64,000 nt of DNA from an uncultured delta proteobacterium (GTDB lineage Bacteria > Myxococcota_A > Polyangia > Polyangiales > Polyangiaceae): positions 64,001 through 128,000 of the forward strand of contig CAVQUB010000007.1 in NCBI GenBank assembly GCA_963716725.1, given 5' to 3'. The notes under the pieces are model-generated. The model saw nothing but the letters and a program-made list of their open reading frames with translations, was not told the origin of the DNA and made no database searches. Position numbers and translations under genes: made by a program. The stretch's first letter is position 1. Each line of letters begins with the position of its first letter. Positions 52,718 through 64,000 of this stretch are shown here, piece by piece.

Positions 52718-53545
52718 TTAGTGCGGCGTCGGGGAGTAGGCACAGCGGAAGCCGACGTGATCGGCGGCGGACTCGCCCCCTTCGACGGACCATGATTTCA
52801 GCTCACCGGCCACGCGTGAGCGGAAGCTACCGCCATGGGCGTGCGCCGAAGCGTTGGGTTCACGCGCCCACTCCGCGACGTTTCCCGCCAGATCGAGGAC
52901 TCCATCGGGGCTCTTGCCGTCGGGACGCGCGCCCGCCAGCTCGGGTCCCGTGGCGCCGGTACCGCAGGGACCTTCCACCAGGCCAAATGTAGCGCGCCGG
53001 CACACCAGGCCCGTGGGTCCCCAGGGAAATCGACGGGCGGAGATGCCCGTGGCCGCGAACAACCACTCGTCGGCGCTCGGCAAGCGCCCGCCCTGCGCCC
53101 GACAGAATGCCTCAGCAGCCTCGGCGCTCAGCGACGTCACTGGCAGCCCAGGTTCCGGAGCACCGACACTGCCGAAGCGGTCGTGGGTGACCTCGAAGGC
53201 GTCGATTTCGAACTCGGTGACGGTGATGGTGCGCCGGGCAATGCCTTCGGCTTCCCAGTCGTTCGGCGAGAGGGTGAGCGTGCCGCCGAGGATGCGCACG
53301 CGACGCGGGACCGCGACACATCCGCGCGCTCTCGGAGCAAGACCGTCGGGACACCGAATCGGCACGCCCGAGCAGGCGCCGCCGGCCAATGACTGTCCCT
53401 CCCCGCAGCAGCGAGGGCCGCGCGCCCTGAGGCCCGCGGGGCAACGCGCGGGATCCGTCCGCTCGCGGCGCGCGACAAAGAGCACGATCGCGAGGGCGAC
53501 AATCGCCGCCAGAATTCCGGTGCCCAAGACCACCTGCCGGCGCAT
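52718..53545 (-). CDS. Formylglycine-generating-enzyme (SUMF1) family membrane-anchored protein
   Basis: IDAFEVT, GRLPSADEW, FPWG, DLAGNVAEW, VGFRC. Confidence 0.87.
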   Translation of the reverse strand: MRRQVVLGTGILAAIVALAIVLFVARRERTDPARCPAGLRARGPRCCGEGQSLAGGACSGVPIRCPDGLAPRARGCVAVPRRVRILGGTLTLSPNDWEAEGIARRTITVTEFEIDAFEVTHDRFGSVGAPEPGLPVTSLSAEAAEAFCRAQGGRLPSADEWLFAATGISARRFPWGPTGLVCRRATFGLVEGPCGTGATGPELAGARPDGKSPDGVLDLAGNVAEWAREPNASAHAHGGSFRSRVAGELKSWSVEGGESAADHVGFRCAYSPTPH

Positions 53546-53601
53546 CCGGCAGCAGCATCGCACTCCCCGGCGGTCTTGGCATAGACTCTGCGCACCCTCT
53601 C

Positions 53602-54423
53602 ATGGCCGACTTCAATCACAAGATCGTGCTCGGTCGCACCGGGCTCCACGTTGGGCGGCTGGGTGTTGCGTCGGGCTACGGCGTGCCCTGCGCGGCCCTG
53701 GAGGAAGCCTACGAGCGCGGGGTGAACTACTTCTATTGGGGCTCGCGCCGCACCCGGGAGATGGGCGAGGCGATCCGTCACCTCGCCAAGAAGGACCGCG
53801 CAGGCTTGGTGGTCTGCGTGCAGAGCTACGCCCGCATGGGGTTCTGGTTGAAGCGCTCCTTCGAGAAGGGGCTGCGCGAGCTCGGGCTCGACTACGCGGA
53901 TGTGCTCCTGCTCGGGTGGTACAACGACCCGCCCTCGGCGCGCATCATGGACGCGGCGACGGAGCTGGTTGCGTCGGGCCGTGCGCGGCACCTGGCCGTC
54001 TCGAGCCACCAGCGAACGATGTTTCCCACGCTGCTCGACGATCAGCGCATCGGGCTCTGGCAAGTTCGTTACAACGCCGTGCATCGCGGCGCCGAGCGCG
54101 AGGTGTTTTCGGCGCTCGACGGCCTCGACCTGACGAAGCGTCCGGGCGTCATCACCTACACGACCACGCGCTGGGGGCACCTGGTCGACCCCAAGCGCAC
54201 GCCCCAGGGCGAGACGACGCCGACCGGCGCGGACTGCTATCGCTTTGCCATGTCGCATCCTCACGTGGACGTGGTGATGAGCGGGCCCGCAAACGCCGAG
54301 CAGATGCGCGAGGCGCTGCGCGCCCTCGAGCTCGGACCGATGAGCGATGACGAGCTCGCTCGCATGCGGCGCATCGGTGACGCGCTCTACGGCAAGGATC
54401 GCACCTCGAAGATCCGGGACTGA
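53602..54423 (+). CDS. Aldo/keto reductase family protein
   Basis: LGRTGLHVGRLG, GVNYF, LRELGLDYADVLLL, QVRYN, VDVVMSG. Confidence 0.82.
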   Translation: MADFNHKIVLGRTGLHVGRLGVASGYGVPCAALEEAYERGVNYFYWGSRRTREMGEAIRHLAKKDRAGLVVCVQSYARMGFWLKRSFEKGLRELGLDYADVLLLGWYNDPPSARIMDAATELVASGRARHLAVSSHQRTMFPTLLDDQRIGLWQVRYNAVHRGAEREVFSALDGLDLTKRPGVITYTTTRWGHLVDPKRTPQGETTPTGADCYRFAMSHPHVDVVMSGPANAEQMREALRALELGPMSDDELARMRRIGDALYGKDRTSKIRD

Positions 54424-54425
54424 GC

Positions 54426-56193
54426 TCAGGAGCCTTCGTCCTGCCCGCCGCGGCGATCCGCCAGCGTGGCGGTATTTCCCGTCGAGGGCGGGCCGCCGGA
54501 GAGCGTCGCCGCAGCCAGCTCGAGGATGGGACCACTCCCCGTGGATTTTCCGCGCTTCCGATCCCGCTCCACGAGGTCGACCAGCTCGCTGAGCGCGCGG
54601 CGCCCAGCCTCGGACCGTGGCACCGCCTTCAGGATGGCGCCCTCGAGCTCCTCGGCGCTCTGCCAGCGCCGCTTTGGGTCGATGTGCATCGCGCGCTCGA
54701 TGGCGGCCGCGAGGGGTTCGGCGTCCGGACGCGCCTCGGTCAGCTGCTTGCGGCGCCCCTCCAAAATGGCTGTGACCATCGCGGACTCGCTGTCTCCAGC
54801 AAACGGTCGGGCGAGCGCGGTCGCCTCGAAGAGCAGTACGCCGAGTGCAAATACGTCGGTGCGCGCGTCGACGCCGGCGCCCGTGAGCTGCTCCGGGGCG
54901 GCGTAGGCGAGCTTGCCGCGCATGTGGCCGGTCTTGGTGTGCGTGGCGTGCGTCGCGGCCCGCGCGATGCCAAAGTCGATCAGCTTGACCTCGCCGCCGC
55001 GTGAGATCAGCACGTTGTGCGGAGACACGTCGCGGTGCACCACGTGCAGCAACGTACCGTCGTGATCGCGCAGGGTGTGAGCGTGGTGGAGGGCCGAAGC
55101 CAGGGCGGCGCCGATCTCGGCGACGGCCGCCAGCGGCAGCTCGCGCCGGGAGAGCGCGGAGTGCCGCAGCAAGATCGCGAGCGGCAGGCCGTCGACGAGC
55201 TCCATGGCGATGTAGGGCCGAACATGCGAGCCGGGCCCGCCCGTGCCGAAGCTCAGCACTTCGACGATGTTCGGGTGATGAAGCTGGGCGGCCAGCCGCG
55301 CCTCTTCCAGAAACATCGAGCAGAGCTCCGCGTTGTCGACCAGATCTCGTCGCACGCGCTTGACCGCGGCGACACGCTTCGATCCGAGCAGCCCCACCGC
55401 CTCGGCCACGAAGACCTCGGCCATGCCGCCGGCGCCGAGGAAGCGCTGGAGCGCGAAGCCAGGCACCCGCCCCTCTGCGCCCTCGAGCGCGACGCGAAAC
55501 TGCAACAGCATGCGCGACGCGATGAACGCGCTGGCGATGGCCGCGGCCGTGACCGCGCCCACCAGCGGAGCGGGCTTTCCGATCAGCGCGGCCACGTCGA
55601 CGAAGCCAGCGCAGAACACCAGGAGGACCGCCGGTAGCGAGGAACGGATCTGGCTCTTGGGCCAGAACGCGGCGATGGCCAGCGCCTCACACAGCTGGAA
55701 TGCCCCGCAGACCAGCGCGAAGATCAGCGCCGAGCTCCAGGGCAAGACGCGACTCGGGGCGCCGATGGCAACGCCGACCCCGGGCAGCGTCTCGACGGCG
55801 AGGGCGACCGCTAGGGGAACGGGCAGGGCCGCGAGTCCGAGCCAAGTTCGATAGCGTTTGGCCCGACGATCGTCCGACGGAATGACCGCAGCCGTGCCGG
55901 CGATGAAGGCGACGATGCAGAGCGCGATGAACGCGCGGATCGACCACTCGGGAGCGATCCCGGCCATCAGCAGCGCCGCCGCGATGGAGGTCAAGCCCGC
56001 CAGCATCATGGCGATGGCCGTGAGCCGAGTCCCCAGCGGCCAGAGCTCGCCGCGCGGCCAACCCCAGCACAGCGCCGCGACGGCGAAGTCGAAGCCCGCG
56101 ACGACGAGCGCGAAGGCGGTGGGCAGCAACACGGCTAGCGCACGCCAGCGCCGCGCGGACGCCGCACCCCTCGCGGACTGCCCGCGAGGACCA

Positions 56194-56194
<1 letters not shown>
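54426..56194 (-). CDS. Hanks-type Ser/Thr kinase with a multi-TM N-terminal domain (start uncertain)
   Basis: LGAGGMAEVF, AVK, HRDVSPHN, DFGIAR, YAAPE, DVFALG, preceded by many hydrophobic helices. Confidence 0.9.
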
Positions 56195-60019
<3,825 letters not shown>

Positions 60020-60099
60020 GGCGCCCGAGACTAGCCCGGATCACGCGATCTTGGGATGGTCGCGCCGACCGCCCACAATGGGCTAAGGTCCCGCACCCG

Positions 60100-61107
60100 A
60101 TGGCGGACGCGCCGCGCGAAGACCCAGCCGACACCCAGGCGCGCGACTCGAGGCCCGAGGAGCCGCCGGAGGTGAGCGTGGCCCCGGCGGAGGCCCCGCG
60201 CAGCGCCGGTGATTTTGGCTGGCGAGTCGGCGGCATCATCAAGACCATCCGCCCGCATCAGTGGGTGAAGAACGTCTTCGTCCTCGCGCCGGTGGTCTTC
60301 GCCAAAGAGATCTTCGATCCGCTCCTGCTCTGGCGCGCGGCAGCGGCCTTCTTTGCGTTCTGTCTGCTCGCCGGCGCGGTCTACACGATGAACGACCTCG
60401 CCGACGTCGATGCTGACCGTCAGCATCCGGTGAAGCGCTTTCGCCCCATCGCCTCGGGCCGGGTGCCCATCTCCATCGCGCGGGCGCTCGCGGTGGTGCT
60501 CGTGCTCGGAGCCCTGACCGGATCCGCCTTCCGCTCGTGGCAGTTCTTTGCGGCCGCGGCGGCGTACTTCACGCTCAACGTCGCCTACTCCTTCAAGCTG
60601 AAGCACGTCGCGTACGTCGACGTCGGCTGCATCGCCGCGGGCTTCGTGCTGCGGGTGATGGGCGGAGGCTTCGCGACGCAGATCACGGTCTCGTACTACC
60701 TCTTGCTCTGCACCGCGCTCTTGGCGCTCTTCCTGGGCTTCGGCAAGCGCCGCCACGAGCTGGCGCTGGCGGCCATTGGCGGAGCGGGCAAGACGCGGGC
60801 GGCGCTCGAGTCGTACACCGTCCGTGGGATCGACGTGGCGCTGAGCGTGACCGCGCTGGCGACCATCGCGACCTACCTGGCGTACACCCTCGATCCGCAC
60901 ACGCAGGCGTTTTTCAAGACGAAATGGCTGTGGGTGAGCACCGCCTTCGTCGTGCTCGGCGTCTGGCGCTTCCTGTTCCTGGTCCGAAGCCGGCCCCGGG
61001 CCGAGAGCCCGACGCAAGAGATGCTGAAAGATGGTCCCTTCGTCGGCATCGTGCTGCTCTGGGTCGTGCTCGTGATGTGGGTCGTCTACCACCTCCGGCC
61101 AGGCTGA
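60100..61107 (+). CDS. UbiA-family polyprenyl-phosphate phosphoribosyltransferase-like protein
   Basis: IRPHQWVKN, NDLADVDADRQHPVKRFRPIASG, YSFKLKH, GFVLRV, GKRRHE. Confidence 0.88.
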   Translation: MADAPREDPADTQARDSRPEEPPEVSVAPAEAPRSAGDFGWRVGGIIKTIRPHQWVKNVFVLAPVVFAKEIFDPLLLWRAAAAFFAFCLLAGAVYTMNDLADVDADRQHPVKRFRPIASGRVPISIARALAVVLVLGALTGSAFRSWQFFAAAAAYFTLNVAYSFKLKHVAYVDVGCIAAGFVLRVMGGGFATQITVSYYLLLCTALLALFLGFGKRRHELALAAIGGAGKTRAALESYTVRGIDVALSVTALATIATYLAYTLDPHTQAFFKTKWLWVSTAFVVLGVWRFLFLVRSRPRAESPTQEMLKDGPFVGIVLLWVVLVMWVVYHLRPG

Positions 61108-61108
61108 G

Positions 61109-61837
61109 ATGTCCGAACCCGAGAAGAAACCCGCGGAAGAGAGGCCTGGGTTCTTCGCCAAGGCGAGCGACGCCTGGTCGGATCTCGTGCTCACGCTGCC
61201 GATTTTCATCCTCTACCACCTCGGCGTCGTGCTCTTGCCGGTGCGCAATGCGGCCGACGTCGTCACCAGCGAGCTGATCGCCCTCGCGGACAACAACATG
61301 GTCGCCTACGCCGGCCTCACCCTGCTGATCGGTGGCGTGTTCGTCGGCGTGCTCGTGATGCTCGGTCGGGGCAAGGCCCTCGAGTGGGATCGCTTCGCGT
61401 TGCTCGCGGTCGAGTCCACGATCTACGCCGTCGCCATGCGCTTCGTCGCCGGCTGGGTCGTGGGCAAGCTGACGCTGGCGGGCTCGCCGATCGGCGGCGG
61501 CTTCACCGGGGCGGTCATGAGCGCCGGCGCCGGCCTCTACGAAGAGATCGCGTTTCGGGTGATCCTCTTCGGCCTCGGGCTGCGCGTGCTCAGCCTGATG
61601 TTCCCGATGATCGATCCGGTGCGTCCGCGCCTGCTCGCTGTCGGCTGGGCGTTGGTCGCCGCGGCGGTGTTCAGCGGGTGGCACTACGTCGGCGCCTACG
61701 GCGATCCCTTCGAGCTCCGGTCCTTCGTCTTCCGCTGGACCTGCGGCGTGGTGTTCACGGTCATCTACCGCTTCCGCGGCTTCGCACCGGCGGTTTGGAC
61801 GCACACGCTCTACGACGTCTGGGTACTGGTGCTCTGA
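61109..61837 (+). CDS. CPBP (Abi/Rce1-like) intramembrane glutamic protease
   Basis: GLYEEIAFR, FSGWHY, HTLYD motifs, multiple TM segments. Confidence 0.85.
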   Translation: MSEPEKKPAEERPGFFAKASDAWSDLVLTLPIFILYHLGVVLLPVRNAADVVTSELIALADNNMVAYAGLTLLIGGVFVGVLVMLGRGKALEWDRFALLAVESTIYAVAMRFVAGWVVGKLTLAGSPIGGGFTGAVMSAGAGLYEEIAFRVILFGLGLRVLSLMFPMIDPVRPRLLAVGWALVAAAVFSGWHYVGAYGDPFELRSFVFRWTCGVVFTVIYRFRGFAPAVWTHTLYDVWVLVL

Positions 61838-62571
61838 GCGTCGCAGCGCCTGGCCAGCACGAAGCGCTCCACGTTGCCTTTTGGCCCCGGCACCCGTGAG
61901 TCGCACTCGCCCAGGATTTCGAAGCCGGCGCCCGCGATGGCGGCCTTTGCTGCGCTGATGGCCGAACTCCGAACTTCGGGGTCTCGGATCACGCCCCGGG
62001 CACGCCGCGCGGCGTCGCGGCCGGCCTCGAACTGCGGCTTGACCAGCGCGAGCAAGTGCCCCGTCGGCGGCAAGATGGCCGCGATGGCCGGCATGAGCTT
62101 GTCGATTCCGATGAACGAAGCGTCGACGACGACGAGATCGATGCGCTGGGGGAACGACGCGCCCGTCAGGTGGCGAGCATTCGTGCGCTCCAACACCACC
62201 ACCCTCGCATCCTGCCGCAGCTGGTGAGCGAGCTGACCGTGTCCCACGTCGACCGCGTAGACGGCGACCGCTCCGTGCTGGAGCACGCAGTCCGTGAAAC
62301 CGCCCGTCGAGGCGCCGATGTCCACGACGACGGCGCCCCGCACATCGATCGGGAGCTCCGTCAGCGCAGCGTCGAGTTTGTCACCGCCGCGTGAGACGAA
62401 GCGCGGTCCGCCCCGCACCGTGAGTTCGGCGTCGGCGAGCAAGCTCTCCCCCGATTTGTCGATGCGTCGCTCACCCGAGAACACGCGGCCCGACAAAATC
62501 AGGGCCTGGGCCTGCGTCCGCGAAGTGGCCAGCTCACGCTCGACCAAGAGCACATCGGCGCGGAGCTTCAT
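61810..62571 (-). CDS. tlyA: TlyA rRNA 2'-O-methyltransferase
   Basis: S4 domain, FVSRGGDKL, DIGASTGGFTD, VDVGHGQL, LVKPQFE, GPKGNVE. Confidence 0.95.
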   Translation of the reverse strand: MKLRADVLLVERELATSRTQAQALILSGRVFSGERRIDKSGESLLADAELTVRGGPRFVSRGGDKLDAALTELPIDVRGAVVVDIGASTGGFTDCVLQHGAVAVYAVDVGHGQLAHQLRQDARVVVLERTNARHLTGASFPQRIDLVVVDASFIGIDKLMPAIAAILPPTGHLLALVKPQFEAGRDAARRARGVIRDPEVRSSAISAAKAAIAGAGFEILGECDSRVPGPKGNVERFVLARRCDAQSTSTQTS

Positions 62572-63419
62572 GGCACGACCACCCCCGGATGTAGAGCGCG
62601 GACCAGGACCGCGACGCCTTGGCCCACGCGCGGTCCCGGTCGGAGCACGCGGTCGTCCGACACGACGACTAGCCGTCCCTCTTTCACCGCGCGCACCTCG
62701 CTCCAGCCCGGGAGATCTTTACTGATGCTGATGCCCTCGCGGGCCACGCCGCCGGTGGCGTCGATCACCACCTCGGGATCCAGCGAGAGGACGCGCTCGA
62801 TGCCCAGCGTCGGGAAACGATGCTTCTCTCCGGACACGACGTTGTCCGCACCGGCCAGCCGCAGCATCTCGTCGGGGAAGCTGCCGGGGCCTGCCGCCAC
62901 GACGGGCCTCAGCCCGAAGACGAAGAGCGCGCGTGGGCGGTGGCGACCCGCGAGCGTCCGCGCGATGGCGACGCGCTCGCGCTCGAGAGCCGCTCTTTGG
63001 GCCAGCCCCCGCTGCTCGTCGCCCAACAGGCGCGCGAGCTCCACCAGCATCGCCCCGATCTCGGTCAGGCTCTGCGTGGGCGGGAAGAAGGTGGAGATCC
63101 CCCGAGCGTCGAGCCGCGCGGCGAAGTCCTCGAGCCCCGGCCCCTGCACGCCGATCACGAGGTCGGGCTTCACGCCCAGGATGGCTTCGAGGCTGGGATC
63201 GACGAAGCCGCCGACGGGCCGGACCGCTTTCACTTCCGGAGGGAAATCGCAGTACCGCGACCGGCCCACCAACCGATCGCCGTAGCCGAGGGCAAAGAGG
63301 GCTTCGGTGGTGGCCGGCGACAGCGAGACCACACGCATCGCGATGCCGCCAGCGTGTCGGGTGCGCCCGCAGGCAGAAAGCCCGAAAACCGTTAGAAATG
63401 CGCGCCGGCCGAGGACCAC
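62568..63419 (-). CDS. BtuF-like cobalamin/siderophore ABC substrate-binding lipoprotein
   Basis: RVVSLSPATTEALFALG, VGRSRYCDFP, PSLEAILGVKPDLV, RPGPR. N-terminal RRAFL and LSA-C. Confidence 0.88.
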   Translation of the reverse strand: MVLGRRAFLTVFGLSACGRTRHAGGIAMRVVSLSPATTEALFALGYGDRLVGRSRYCDFPPEVKAVRPVGGFVDPSLEAILGVKPDLVIGVQGPGLEDFAARLDARGISTFFPPTQSLTEIGAMLVELARLLGDEQRGLAQRAALERERVAIARTLAGRHRPRALFVFGLRPVVAAGPGSFPDEMLRLAGADNVVSGEKHRFPTLGIERVLSLDPEVVIDATGGVAREGISISKDLPGWSEVRAVKEGRLVVVSDDRVLRPGPRVGQGVAVLVRALHPGVVVP

Positions 63420-63617
63420 CCGGCTGTTCTAGCGCTCGGCGGGGAAGATGGGCAGCACTCGCCTCGTAGAAGCAGCCCGAGCGACCAATTCCGGCGTCTG
63501 GCGTCGGACGCCGGGTTTGTTGACGTCGTCGTCGACCTCGGGCAAGCATGCGCCCGGCCCAGCAGGGCTCTCTTGTTAGTTTCCGGGCCAAAGCGGCCCT
63601 CATCGGAGGATCAGTAG

Positions 63618-64000
63618 ATGCGGATCTCGAAGCTCAGTGTTGGAGCAGCTGTGGTGTTGGCGACGGTTTCTTTCGCGGCGAGCGCCTTGGCGCAAGAAGC
63701 GGGAGCCAGCGGCGAGGTGGGCATGACCCTGCCCGGCGGCGGGCCGAAGGCACAGGCGACGGAGGGCGAGACCGACCACGATCAGATGGTGGGGCGCTTT
63801 GCGGTGGGCTACCTCGGCGCGCGCTCCGTGCCGATGGCTGGGCTCGCGGGCACCACGCTCGTCGCCGCGGACCAGCAGGCGCCGGTCATCGGCATGCGCT
63901 ACTGGCTCGACCAGGGCATGGGCCTCGACGTGGGCTTGGGCTTCTTGAGCACGAGCGGCAGCACGAAGAACGGCAACGTGTCGTCCGACAAGGCCGGCGT
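63618..64000 (+). CDS. Secreted, probably outer-membrane beta-barrel protein (runs off the window; absent from the ORF track)
   Basis: GGAGG RBS, signal MRISKLSVGAAVVLATVSFAASALA, amphipathic strands RFAVGYLG, IGMRYW, GLDVGLGF. Open to the window end. Confidence 0.7.
   Translation, partial: MRISKLSVGAAVVLATVSFAASALAQEAGASGEVGMTLPGGGPKAQATEGETDHDQMVGRFAVGYLGARSVPMAGLAGTTLVAADQQAPVIGMRYWLDQGMGLDVGLGFLSTSGSTKNGNVSSDKAG

Noticed and set aside
63420..63617. Cobalamin riboswitch near the BtuF-like gene
   Set aside because: No B12-box or conserved core recognised on either strand, only a simple GC hairpin near 63490-63515.

Overview
The window appears to be two unrelated GC-rich genomic fragments joined at about 10740/10741, where a truncated Xaa-Pro aminopeptidase (minus strand) abuts the last ~100 codons of aspS (plus strand) with no intergenic DNA. 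The left fragment (1-10740) looks Planctomycetota-like. It holds a sigma54-type groEL-groEL-dnaJ operon with no groES, an NPCBM protein, a REC-GGDEF protein, rpsB-tsf-pyrH-frr and two tRNA-Lys. The right fragment (10741-64000) looks myxobacterial (Polyangia-like). It holds a minimal chemosensory cluster, rimI-pyrK-pyrD, cysS, a MerR-DUF2203-folE-SDR operon, SRP RNA, pccB, a KamA-family gene, a second pyrH, ccmF with two CcmI-like partners, a probable oriC before dnaN-recF-gyrB with no dnaA, two tandem 14-Cys lipoproteins, clpB, cinA-thpR, ligA, a UbiA-family gene, tlyA and a BtuF-like gene. Frameshifts in essential genes cluster near the fragment starts and look like long-read indel errors. 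I found no CRISPR array, transposase, integrase or prophage, and I cannot show a clearly new system. The best leads are the tandem disulfide-scaffold lipoproteins, the sigma54/enhancer-driven groES-less chaperonin operon, the adaptation-less chemosensory cluster, the CcmF partner pair and two structured RNA candidates. Taxonomic and family calls come from motif recognition by eye, not from database searches.
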